Origin: Microbotryum violaceum
Lineage: Eukaryota
Direction: 5' to 3'
DNA length: 64,000 bases
NCBI GenBank assembly: GCA_001244265.2
Contig: CDLV01000019.1
Span: forward strand, 496,001-560,000
The notes under the pieces were generated by a model, which worked only from the letters and a program-made list of their open reading frames with translations, was not told the DNA's origin and made no database searches. Each line of letters begins with the position of its first letter. The stretch's first letter is position 1. The position numbers were made by a program, and so were the translations under genes. Below are positions 14,820 to 27,809 of the stretch, piece by piece.

Positions 14820-17097
14820 TCAAGCCATCGCAGGCGTCGAACTCTGTCCCGTTAGTGCAGGCGAAGGGATCGGTGGATTGTTGATCAACACCTGACCTCC
14901 GGTACCAGGGGGCGGCAATATCCCTTCCAACGGCGGTGTGATTTTGATCTGATCGAACCACGGGTCACTGATGATCTGGTCCGTCGTTGCGCGCGTTTTC
15001 GGATCCGGGTCCAACATCCTTCGAATGATGTTGCGGCATTCCCGAGGGACGAGGTTCGATAAAGGGGGAGGAGTTGATTGCCCACCGTACATCTGCATGT
15101 AAGGACCGAAGGAAGGGTCCGACGGTTTGGCCACTCGCCACGGCAATTCCTGGAAGTGCATGCAGTAAAAGACGACGGCGCACGCCCAGACGTCGACTAG
15201 TCGAGCATCGTATTCTGTTGATCAGGTGGATTGTTCCAAGGTTAGCACGATAATTGCAAGATCGGCCCATTTATGTGAGCCAAAGAACTCGCCTTTGTGT
15301 TCAAATTGTTCCGGGGCGATATACGGCTCGGACCCACAAAGCCCCTTGGAGAGATGCGTCGTCTTCTCCCAACACATCCTAAAAACGTCCGACACACCAA
15401 AATCGGTGATCTTGACATGTCCCTTGGCATCGAGCAACAGGTTCTCGGGCTTGATATCACGATGGGCGACACCCATGGAATGGAGGTATGCGACGCCGGC
15501 GAGGATCTGCTTGAAGTACGAGTTGATCGCTTGGGGAGACATGTCGCCCTTCTTGATCGCGGCGTAGAGGTCACCACCGGGGCAGTACTCCATCACTTCG
15601 CACCAATGGTTCTGCTCGTCTTGGACGAGGTCGACGGTTTCCACAATGTTGTGACTACAGGCGCGGCGAGCAGTGTTTCCCCGATCAGTACCCGTCCACC
15701 AAGCGCACAGAGAAGAACCCGCACAAGACTCACTGATGCAATGTCGAACTGATGCAAAATTCGGACGTCAATTTCTTGACGTACTCCTTCTCCGTCTCGT
15801 TCTTTCTCCTCTTGCGGAACTCTTTGACGGCATAGAGGCGCTCGGTCGTACGATCCCACTTGTGCGCAAGCTTGACCACAGCGGTCGCACCTTTTCCAAT
15901 GACCATCTTCTCGCACACGCCGTACTTTTGGCTGAGCGAACCGGCTTGAGAACCGGCGCGTGATCGCGTCTCGCCGTCGCCTCGGGTCGATGTGCCGTCG
16001 TGGTCCGAACGCCCATCGTCGGACTTGCGCGAGGTCTGCGATGACTTGCGTTGAACCTTGTTGCGCATGAAATCGTTCAAGGCCTGACCCATTCCACCTT
16101 CCTTCTCCTTAGCGCCGTGCGATCCCGCTCGCGGCCGCGAAGTCGAAGCTGACCGATCCTTACCCGAAGGCGAGGTCCCATGTCCAAGGTCTTGATGTGT
16201 TGGGCCGGTGGAAGGTCTCCGCGCCAATCGAGCCTGTTCCTCCTTGTGTTCACGCTCGCGTTCCTTGGCCTCCTTCTTTTCCTGTTCCCGCTCCTTCTTG
16301 CTAGATCTTCGAGCGAGGTTCGCGCCTCCGTTGCCAGTGCCTTCGGTCCCCGAACCGGCGTTCGAGTCGCCTCGTTCGATTCGCTCGCCGTTCGACCCGG
16401 AGCCGCTGTTAAGCGAGGCGTTGGACGCGTTGCTGCTCGAGAAGAGCTTGCCAAAGACGGACTTTTTCTGCTGCACAACAGGGGCTTGGGGTTTCGGGGC
16501 CGTTGTCGTCGCAGGGGGTGGCATCAACGTTCGCTCCTGGTCGGCCGTCGTCGTCGTCGTCGTCGCGGTAGTCGCATTCGACGTGGTAGAGGGGACCGAG
16601 TTTACGGTGCGAGTGGTCGAAGAGACGGATTTGGTGGTCGCACCGGATGTACCGGTGCTGGCAAAGTTGGCCGCGGCGGTGGCGGTGACCGAGGAAAGCA
16701 AAGTGACGGTGCTGGCTACGGCGCTGCCCGTGGGGCCCATCGCGAAATGGTGAGCGCTGAGGTGATCGACTGGCACCTTGGGTAACTCGGTCGGAGCCTT
16801 GGGTAGATTCTCGGGACTCAACGCACCCCCAGCTCCTTCGCCTACGGAGGTGCGGGACAGTATTCTCGACGCGAGCACATTGTGGTTCGAGTGCGCGACC
16901 TCGGACAAAGTGTGCGCTTCGGAGCCGGCGCCGTAGCCTGTCGAACGGACCGAGCCTTGGTCACGGGAGAGGGACAGGTCCAATTGGGCGAAGGTGGGGA
17001 GAGGGTCGACTTGCTGGTCGAATTCACTCGAGGGCGTCGATGTACCGGGGGTGTGCACGCTCGAGTTGGGGTAGGACGAGTCGGACGTCAACGACAT
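14820..17097 (-). CDS. HAL-family (Sat4/Hal4/Hrk1-like) Ser/Thr protein kinase
   Basis: Low-complexity N-terminus, then [11 protein letters not shown]...[56 protein letters not shown]; signature of fungal HAL kinases. Confidence 0.9.
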
Positions 17098-18675
17098 GCT
17101 TTCAATTGTTGACCGTTGGCGCGAGGGTGTCGGGTGGGTAGCAGCGGGTCGGTGATGCGCACGCGCGGCGTGGGTGCGATCGAGCGTCGGCGTTGGCCCT
17201 GCAGCGAGACGGGTCGGAAGGTCAAACGCTCCGAGACGATGTGGGTGGGCTAGGGTGTGACGAGTGCTTGGACGGAGATAGAGAGATGGAGAGGAGCTTG
17301 TTGCCTTGATGGGTTGGCCAAGTAAATCCTAATAATGAAGTGGCGCTGCGTCTGGAGACACGCTGGGCCCAGCCAGGGCTGGCTGACCAACGCAGGCTTA
17401 CTGAGAGCGCTGCTGAAGCGCTGAAGGCTGTCGAAGCGTTGAGGCGCGTAAAGGTCTGAGGCTGGGGCTGGGCCGCTGGGCCGCTGGGGCTGGACCGCTG
17501 GAGCGGGGCAGGCCAATGGGTGTGACTGTAACGCGCGGAGGAAGGGAGCCGGAGACGCTGACCAACTGGCAACCGGCGGGGGGCACTCGCAATAGGACTA
17601 TGTACTGGGCCGTAAGACGGGTCGGTGAGACGGTTGGTCTGGTCGAGTCGATTCGTCAGATGAGCATGATACTAACTCGTGTGCGGCGCCTACCAACGAA
17701 GGTGTTTCGAGTAGAGAAAGGCGACCTCGAAAGTGAGGGTCGTGCGCCAGTACAGGCGCGGCGACAGGCGGTGACGGCGGCGACGGCCGGGGGCCAGCGC
17801 AAATTCACTTTGATTCGCCCTATCACCGACGCCGCGATTACTAACGCACGCTAGTAACGCTGCTTGCTATTCAACCCTGAAAGAGGTGGCCTCCTCCTCC
17901 GCCCCGAGTGACACGTCTCGGTCTCGAGCTCGGCTTCAACGGGCCCAAATTGGATTTGTATTGGCAGCTCGGGGCCGGAACTGGATGTCAGATGCTTACC
18001 GCGAAAAATCATTCTAGCATCTTCTTTTCGCCACTTCAATCAGGGGATAGTCAAGGTATGCTCAACAAGCAACACCTCGTTCGGGGCAGAATGAGACTTG
18101 AAGCTGCCGGAGCTTCCCCGCGTCAACCATCCCCTCCAAGTTGCTGGAGCTATATATATACGGCGCCCGCACAGCAAGCTGGCCGATAATCTGCAGCTCA
18201 GTCAGACATGTTGGGGGACTTATAGCAGTCCTGTCTTACAGGCTGCTCGCGAAAAATTGTCTGGGAGTCGCTGTGTGACACAGGATCGCTGCAACCGCCA
18301 ACGCACCGATGACTTGTAAAGATTTGCGGCCCGGCGAAAACCTTGCAGTGCCCTTCTTCGGCCTCGCACGAGCTAGCCGCTTGTCTCTGATGGTACCCCT
18401 AGTGATCAACAGTCTTCGGAGTCCTATATGTCCTGCACAGTCCACACACGTTTGACACGATGGTGTAGAGCGCTTTTTGGGACATCTTTTTTAGTCAGCC
18501 GAGCATTTGCGCACGGACCTTTTGGAGCAATCGTCAGCAGAATTCGGCACGAGCAAGAAGCCGCCGACCGGAGCGATCGAGAGCACGAGAGTACGAAGAA
18601 TCCCGGTCCCTCGACTCGAGCTGCCTCTGATCCCTCCTCCTTCACTCTATCGCCTCGGGTCGGGTAACTCACAGC

Positions 18676-20813
18676 ATGGCACCTCGACTCTTTGCCCCAG
18701 CTCTGAGAGGAAGTCGTCTCACACGCCATGTACTCCGCACGACCGTTCCCCGATCGACAACCATCGTCCTCTCTCAACGTCATTCATTATGCACCTCCTC
18801 CCGAGTGCTCGCGATGCCCCCACCATTGAAAGGTGTCAAAGTGCTCGACTTGACGCGCGTTCTGGCCGGTCCGTATGCGACGATGATGTTGTCTGATCTG
18901 GGAGCAGACGTAAGTGCTCAGTCTATCGTGGGTGGATTGGAATGATGGACTGGGGCCCCGCCTTTCCGAGCGCTCAGTCCGAGAAGCTGAATCTCTCCTG
19001 GAGGTGTGGAGTTGCCATGGTAGGTGTGGAAAGTTGAACATCCTACACGAGGAGACGATACAAGAGCCTGGTACGCTACCCATCCCCGCCATTTCCCACT
19101 CCCATTTTCGATCCGCTCATCATTCCCACCTGAATGACACCCGCACAACCTGTAGGAACCCCCCGTCCGCACCCCTGATCGACGTCCCCCCAACACCTCC
19201 GACCTCCCCGACTTCCAAAGTCCAGCTCAGAACAGACGACTGGTTCAAGCTACCCCCCGAATCGACTTACTTTTTACAAGCGAATCGCGGGAAGCGCTCG
19301 ATTGGGATCAACCTCAAGCATCCCGAGGGGCTCAAGTTGGTACTTGAGTTGGTCAAGAAGGCTGATGTATTGGTGAGTACGGGCTCAGTATGCGTGCTTC
19401 GTCTTGATTATGTACTCACTTCATGCTCGTGTCACTGGACATGCACCACAGGTCGAGAATTATGTCCCCGGAAAACTCGCCGAGCTGGGCCTCAGCTACG
19501 AGACATGCAAGCGGTTGAACCCAAAGTTGATCTACGCATCCATCTCGGGTCAGTGTGCTGTTCAGGATCATCTTCCGCTCTTGAACTGAACCTAAGTATG
19601 TGACTCTACAATAGGCTACGGACAAACAGGACCTTATGCTGGGAACCCAGGGTACGTCAAAAAAAGGCTTTTTGCCTGCGACCGGGCTGAAAAGTCTTTT
19701 CACATTCCTGACGTTCCGCATCTCTCAATAGCTACGACGTCAACATTGAAGCCGAAGCAGGTCTAATGCACATCACCGGCGAAGCTGGTGCCCCTCCCGT
19801 CAAAGTCGGTGTAGCCATCACAGGTACGGGCTCGTAACCTTAGGCTCCCTCAGTTTTGCGCAGATTTCGATTCTCCCGGAACTGACTGACGCCTTCGTAT
19901 GCGCCTGCAGATTTGACAACGGGTCTTTACCTCAAAGGTGCCGTCTTGGCAGCCTTGATCTCGCGATCCCAAACGGGGAAAGGGGTTTGGATCGATTGCT
20001 CGTTGTTTGATTCTCAGGTGAGGAGGTATCACTCTCTCGAGTCGGGGGCGGACAGCGGTCCTGATTACAGAGGGTGTCTTCCTTGCAGATCGCTTCCTTG
20101 GCAAATGTGGCTTCGAATTATTTGATCGCTGGTCAAGAAGCGACGAGACAAGGGACCGCGCACCCTTCGTGAGTTTTCACACCTCTTATGGGAAACTTGT
20201 CAAACCTAATTGACGGCTGATGTGCTCCTCTCTTCAGTATCGTACCTTATCAAGTCTTCCCTACACAAGATGGCTACATCATGATCGGTGCAGGGAATGG
20301 TAACGTTTTTCTCCCCACTGAACCGATGGCCTCTTCCGCGACTGAAGACTCAAACTCCGCCTTTTCAACCTTGCAGACTCCCAATTTAAGAAACTCACGA
20401 CCTTGATATCCAAACCTGAATTGGCTGACTCCCCAGACTACTCGACCAACGCCCTGCGCGTCGCCAATCGTTCGACCATCATCCCCCTCCTCAAAAAGAC
20501 CTTCCAATCCCGTTCCACCTCCTCCTGGCTCACCCATTTCAAAGGCGGTGGATTCCCTTTTGCGCCTGTCAACAACATCGCTCAAACGTTCGCTCATCCC
20601 CAAGCGAAAGCTAGGAAAGTGACGGTTTCGGTTCAACATCCGAGGGCGGGTAAGATTGATTTATTGGCTCCTGCTGTCGTTTATGATGGGGAGAAGATGA
20701 AGGTGCATCGACCGCCGCCTGTTTTGGGTCAACATACTGTTGAAGTGTTGAGGGAGGTTTTGGGGATGGAAGATGGGGAGATCAAGATTTTACAGGATGG
20801 TGGGGTCGTTTGA
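18676..20813 (+). CDS. Family III CoA-transferase (CaiB/BaiF, SUGCT-like), probably mitochondrial
   Basis: [67 protein letters not shown]; Arg/Ser-rich N-terminal presequence; many introns. Confidence 0.92.
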
Positions 20814-20895
20814 GGACAAACAAAAGGGCTTAAGTGGTTGGCGTAGGGTAGAATAAGTATCGAAAACACTTGTTTCATAATTGCATTATCACATG

Positions 20896-23800
20896 TTACC
20901 CAGCCTGGGCATGCAAGCTATACACGACCTCCCTTACGACATGATAAGTCTCTCCCGGCGTGCCCTCGATCATCACCCTGCCCCTCCCATTCTTCTTAAC
21001 GACCACTCTCCCACCACTCAAGTTCAACTCGCCCTTATACCCAAACGACTGAGGCGGTGCAGGTCCACAGAGAAGGATGCCTTGACCTGCAAACTCGGAC
21101 GGGATTCCCCGTGCTGCGAGCCGTTCTTTGAGCAGCGTAAGACGTAGGTCACCGATGAAGAGTGAGGGACGGAGAGGGGGAAGCGTCTTGATCAGGCTTG
21201 TAGAGGGCGTAATCGAATCGGCATCCATCTTATCGTCTTGCTCCCCCTTCTCCTTCTCCTTCTCCTCATCCCCGACGCCCTGTTCGACCTTGATTTCCTC
21301 TTCCGTCACCTCCGCCTCGGCCTCCGCGTTCCCTTCAATCCTCAACTGTCCCGCGCCCTCCAACACCCCTACCTTTTCCAGAACAGGTAAATCCGACTCG
21401 GGATCGAACCGCACCACACCCGACACATAAGTCACATCATAACTCTCAACTCTGGACAACCTCAACGAAGCCATGATACTATCCCCCAAACGGATGGAGA
21501 AGTTCTTGGTTTCGTGGCCGACGACGATGGATTCGTTCAGGGAAGGGGTGAATATCTCTTCAGAGTAGGCGTTGACGGCTTGGCAGTGCGCGGCGAGGTC
21601 GTTGATCGACGCTTGGGAACCGTTGACGATGACCTATCCAAAGTTGGAAAACGTAATGAGCCACCAGCTCAAACACAGCACGCTTCCTACTGGATCACTC
21701 ACCAATTTCCTCGGGTTCATCTGCGGCAAGATGGTCTTCAAAGCCCTCCCATCGCTCGCGCCCTCGAAATCAACCACGAAAATCGAGCATACGATCCGTA
21801 CCTGCACCTCGTCGACAACATACTTGTGCGGTTTCTCCACCTCCTTCTCCTTGACCTTCTCCTCCTCCATCTTGATCTTCTTATTCGCGCCCGTTCCACC
21901 AACACCCAAAGCAGCCGCAGCTTGGCCCAACAGCTTCGCCGCATTCGAGTTCCCGACGGCCAATCCCATCGTCATGGGATCCTCATCGATCCCCCTCTTC
22001 AACCACCCCTCGATATCAATCGCCTCACCATAAGCATCGACCCTCCTTTTTCTCTCCACAACAGGGAACATGCGATACCGATTCAATCCGTCCATAACCC
22101 TCTTGACTCCCGCCTCCCCCTTGACGTAAATATCGAACGTCGCCGCTCGACCACTGAGGTTCGATTCGTCCAAGAATTCGTCCCATGCACCTAGACCTCC
22201 CGTAAAGCCACCCGTTCTTCTTCGTGGTGTAGGAACGACAACGCCCTCTTCTTTAATCGCTTCTTCGGCGCCTTCAACATCCGAATCAAGGTCCGAATCG
22301 GAATCCGAATTGTCACCTTGGGTATGCAACATCCGGCGAGATCGATCGAGAGCGGCTTGGTGACGCGCTTCACGTTCTTCAATCTCGCGTTCGGCAGCGA
22401 GATAACGTTCGAGTTCTTCGCCTTCGAGGTAAACTTTGCGTTTCATCTGTGGTGAGATGATTTTTTTAATGGGTTTCCAGTCATTAGTTTCGACCGGAGT
22501 GACTGAAACTATGATAAAGGCTCACTTTGAGGTCCAGAGTGCTGTCCATCTTGACCGCCCGACCGACTTTACCCTCACCCCACTTTTCCCCCTCGGTCTG
22601 TGCCTCATCCCAAAGACCAAACAGCCACCTCGTCAAACTGCCTTCGTCACTCGTCTGAGTCAACAAGACGACGTTTCCAGGTACCTGGGCAAATTCGACA
22701 AAGAGCTTGCGCGAAAACCCGTGCGAGAGTGAGAGGGGTGTGACGAGGATCGTCTTGGGCACTTCGGGAGGGATGTCAGCGTTGAGGGCTTCGATGGAAG
22801 GGTAAATCCGAACGTTACTGCGGGAGGAGAAAGAAAAGAGACTCGGTCAATCATGAGCTGCTCTTGTAACCGATTCTCGCAGATGACATGTAAGGGGGGG
22901 GGGGGACCTTACGGGAACTTGAGAATCTTCTCATCCCCCACCTGTCTCCCGACCTGACCTCCCATCCACTCCGTCAAACTCCTCGTAAAAACAAACACAT
23001 CCTTCGCCGTTCTCGAAACAACACACAAAGGGAACTGCCTCCCTAAACTCTCAAACGACCAATGTGTTTCCAAAAGTACGAGCAGTTCGAGAATGCGTGC
23101 CGAGGCATCGACGGGTAGAAGGACCGAATGATTGTTGCGCATGGTGGTGGTGACGCAATCTGTGCAAGTGATACGGGCAAAGTAAGCCTCGAATGAGTCG
23201 GCTCTTTTTTCGTTTCAGCCTACCCAAAGACCCGTGGTAACGCACCCAAGAAGGTTTTTTCCTTGTCCATACGTTTGACATTGACCATTAAACTCCTTTC
23301 GGCTCCAACGACAACGACACCCATCCTTCTCATGGCTTCATCGATCCTTGCTCCGTTCAGCAGAGCTGAACTATCGAGGTGATGCTCTTTGACATGGTTG
23401 AAGATAGGCGCGTAGAGGAACGACGAGGCTGAGCTTGCTGGTGACAGCGAGGAAGAGAGCGAAGGTCGGATCGTAAAGAGGGAACCTCCGAGGGTGTGAC
23501 CTGATCGGTGGGCGACTAAGGTGTACCCCTTCAATGGGCCTGCACATTCGTAAAAGCCTCTCATCAGTACCTATGCCCATATCCCAACGAACAAGACTTG
23601 GACTGGCCTGATAGATGAACAGGCTGTGTCCACCTGACCGCATTGACCGTCAAGAACGCCTGCCGGACCTCGTGAACGGACAACTTCCACACCTGCTGCA
23701 TCAAATCTTCCTCCTTCACTTCCGTCCCGTCGATCGTGACTTGTTCTCCTCCTTCAACTTGAGCGACCTGATCGTCCACCTCCATCTTCGTTCGTTTCCC

Positions 23801-24217
23801 CTTGCCCTTGGGTTTGATCGTCGCCTTGTCCAAAGCCGCCTCCCCCTCTCTAAAGCCCTCATTCTCCTCCTCCTCACTCCTCGCGACGACCCACTCCTCC
23901 ACTGCATACCGTCCCATTTCCCTCGTAGGTAAGGTCGCGTAAACGGGACATCGTAGACCACACTTTGCTTTCAACCAAGGCAGTAAACCCAAACGGGTCA
24001 AGAGCGGATGGGTAACGATGACGAGGTTCAACGAAGGTGCGAGGTCTCTCAACCTCTTGAGATAAGTCCCATTCGGATCGGTTGAAGTCGAATTGGAAGA
24101 GGAACGGAATTCGGCAGTCGTGTCGTGAATGCCACAATCGAGGAGGATCTTGGCCGAGTCGATCGTCAAGAGGTAGCACGGCGGCGATTCCGATAAAGAG
24201 GTGAGCGTGATGCTCAT
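20896..24217 (-). CDS. CPSF2: Cleavage and polyadenylation specificity factor subunit 2 (CPSF100/Cft2)
   Basis: CYLLTIDSAKILLDCG, PVYATLPTREMGR, SGHTLGGS, VLLPVDASARILELL, VVDFEGASDGRALKTILPQMNPRKL, LFIGDLRLTLLKERL...SEFAGQGILLC. Confidence 0.93.
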
Positions 24218-24838
24218 CACGATCACTTGTTCTTGTTTGGGTTGCTTGTTACGCTGGATTTGGCGTGGCTCCTATGTGGTGGGTACGACAGATGAGTCAC
24301 ACCACCGCGTCGCACGAACTGGTGGTGTCGTACGTAAGAAGAGGCCGGCGATGCCGAGTGATCCTCCTGCAGCTTGGATCTATGACCAACTGATTCCCTC
24401 GTCACAAGCGCTTCTGACCGTCAAGCTGTGATGTCGGCAGTCGAAAGCTGAGCGTAGGTGGCGAATATCTTCCCCCAAGTTTGATCGACTTTGACGTGGG
24501 GTCAAGTCGAAAGGCAACCCGGCACTCGCGTCCGACCCAAGTCAGTTCAAAAATCAATTTCGGCCGAGATAAACTTTCTGATTTTGAAAAAAAAAAAAAG
24601 TACGGTCTCGGGAGGGAGGAAGCACAAAACAGGAGACAAAAGAACAGGCAACAAAACGCTTTTTTTTGAGGGGGGGGGCGAGGGAACCGGTCAGAAACAC
24701 TTGGGGGAAAGAGTAGACAGGAACGAGTCGATAGAGCGGTGAAGAACAAAGAGAGGGGTCGAACACGAAAAAAAGGGGGGGAAATTCAAAACCTCACCAC
24801 TCTTTAGCCTAGCACACGCTCATCTCAAAGAAACCTGT

Positions 24839-27220
24839 TCACCAACCCGAATCGTCCCTAGCGGCAGGAGGAGGCGGGCTCCTTCCACCCACATCCGCAC
24901 CCGCCGATCGACGAGGTTCGGGGGACCTATCCCTACGAGCGGGGGAGACCGAACGACGACGGTAATCGTCGCGACGATCATCGCGCTCGTCACGACGGGG
25001 AGGCGGTCCACGGTCATCGCGGTCGTCACGTCGGTCCGAACCGCGAGACGAGTAACCGCGGTCTCCGCCGCGATCGTCGTAGCGGGGTCGGGATTCGTAA
25101 CCTCCTCCTCCTCCTCCACCACGAGATCCTCCAGCACCGGCGGCCTAGGAAAGGGGTGGAACGCAATGCCGTCAGTTTCACGATATTGACTGAGCCGTGT
25201 TACGTGAGCGGAGAACGTACAGCATCCTCAACGGTGACGGTCGCGCCGTTGAACTGGGTGTTGTTCAAAATGCGAATCGCCTCATCGGCATCGCTGCGCG
25301 AACCGTATTCGATGTATCTAAGTGAGTGAAAGGTGGATCAAAACGTCAGACACGAGTCAGCACACGCGCCAATATTAGGAAAAAGAAACGGGGATGCGTT
25401 GCCTCCTCATCCAACTGACCCGGTTCCGGTATTGCGATCGACGTCAGAGTAACCAACGTTGCCGGCCGTGCGACCAAAGTCCTTGAGGTCCTACGAGGGG
25501 GTGGAAAAGTCGGAACCGAAACGGGTGGCGAGAGGTGGAGCCAAGGGAAGAGTGGGGATACGACGAAGTTGAATTAGTTCTCCACAAAACGTCCCTCGTC
25601 CACGGCCACTTTTGGAACGAGTTTTTGGTGAGGAAGTGAAGGTCCCGAGACATGGAGGAACGCAACGACCCGGACCCGCAACGGAGAAGACCACCCGGCG
25701 AGCTGAACCACGTAGCGAGCGAGCGTGATCGGGTAAAAGGACGGTTCGCGACAGGTAAAAATGAAACCTCCGCGAGAGGGATACGCCGTCTTTCGGGTTC
25801 AAGAAAGCGTCACGCGAGAACCATCGACGATTCGCCAAACCAGCCCTTTGAGCCAACGACTGCGACCCGCCAAAGCACGAAACGAAACGAAGCGGGACGG
25901 AACGGAACGACCCGGACCCGGAAACGAAAGGCCAGATTCACGCAGTTAATGCGCCACGCCACGTCAGGGACCGTCCACTACAACGCGTCCTACGACCGTT
26001 CGGAGAAAGCGCCAGGCTCACGCCAACGAGTTGCCTCGAGCCGAAACGAAAACGCGAACCAAGCCCGCCACACGTCAGAACCGGACCGGACCGAATGAAA
26101 GAGCGAACGGGCGCCATGCCAAACGTCCCAAAGGTAACGAAACGAAGCGAGCCCCGAGAATCGCGAAGGTCTCGTCCAGGCGCCAAGGCTATTCGGGCCA
26201 GCTCACTGTGAAAGAAGATTAGAAAGGACGGCGAGTTTTGCGGCTCTTGGAAGATGGGAGCCGCGCGCGAATCCGATGCCAACCACGCCGAAAGCACGTC
26301 AAACGATGATGATAGAAAGCTCTTTACTAACCTGCCACGAGACGCCGTCCGGAATGCCATTGACGACCAACCTGAATCCACGAGGGGGAGGCGGTCCACG
26401 GGGAGGGGGACGATCGTAGCCGCCACCACCACTTGCACCACCGCCGTATCCACCACGATCGTATCCACGATCGTATCCACGATCGCCACCACCGCCGTAT
26501 CCACCACGGTCACCACCGCCGTATCCACCTCGATCACCTCGATCACCGTAGCCGCCCGGTGCACCACGAGGGGGCCCAAAGCTGTGCGCACCACCACGCG
26601 GGCGGAAGGGGGGAGGGTGTCAGGAAAGGGTGGGCGCGCGATAGTTTTTGGTCGGCAACGCGGAGTCGCGGGCCACTGAGTGGCACTCACCGATCTTCAC
26701 GGGGACGAGGCGGTTTAGCGAACTCGACCGAGATGCGATCGCCCATGAAATCACGACCGTGCAGATCAGCTACAGCCGCTTCGGCGTCCTGAGGTGAGGG
26801 GAAACATAATGTCAGAGTTGAGAGTCTGATGGGCCGAATCAAGCCCGAGGTGTATGGTGTATGTGCGTGTGTGGTGTAAGAACGTACCTTGAGGTCTTCG
26901 TACTCGAGAAAGGCAAAGCCGCCCATGACGCGGATGTCGACGATGCGGCCGAGCGGACTGAAGTAGGCCTCTGTGATCGCAGCGAGGACATCAGTACAGA
27001 CTTGAAAGTGTGCACTGTTCGATGGACGGGTGCTGAAGGGCATGGAGGAGTAGACGGGGGTGATCACCACCCTCAAGCAGAAGCGCCGCCTGATCCCGCA
27101 CCATGGCTGCTCCCACGCCCCATCAACCACCCCCAGCACACCACACAGGAGGTACCTACCCAGATCCTGACGTTGCACATCAGGGCCGAGATGGCCAATG
27201 TAGAGACGACGACCAGACAT
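24839..27220 (-). CDS. SR-family splicing factor with two RRMs (Srp2/SRSF4-5-6-like)
   Basis: RRM1 (RLYIGHL...GFAFLEYEDLKDAEAAV...ISVEFAK), RGG-rich linker, pseudo-RRM with SWQ/DLKD motif, RD/RS-rich tail; 841-nt intron 25491-26331. Confidence 0.9.
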
Positions 27221-27809
27221 TGCTTTTAGAGAGTACGATGGAGTAGTCTTGGGGGAGGGAAAGAGAGAGGCAGAAGAGGGTTGTGTTGCGCGCGCGGGAC
27301 GCCAGATTACGCCAGATTATTGTCTCTTTTTCTATTCCTTTTCTTAGGCGGGAAGCCGTTTGCGCGCTTTTGTTTTTTGGACCCGCTCGCTCAGAGCTGT
27401 CAAAAGAGTCGAGTCATGTTCTCCCAACGCTCACCGTCGCGCAGGGTACGGTTGCGGCAGAAGAGCAAGACCTTTTCAGAACAAAAGACACAAACAGAGA
27501 AGGAACATCAACTCGGGGGGAAAAAAGGAAAAAAAAGAAAAAAGAAAAAGTAGAAGAGGAAAAAGTTCTAGGGCCGAGGGACGGGGGGGGGGTGTGTGTG
27601 TGATAAGGAAAGCGTTCGTTGCGGGGATCGGCAATGGTCGCCGTGCACGATTGACGCAAAGCGTAGAGCTAGAGTCTAGACACGAAACAAGGAAGAACAT
27701 TAAAGTGCTACAGTAGACCATAACCCCTCAAGATGCTTCCTCCTCTATCCTTTGAGCCCCACGCTCCTCCCCGTCCCGAGCCGGGTTGGGTTTGAAAGCA
27801 CAAGTCGGT

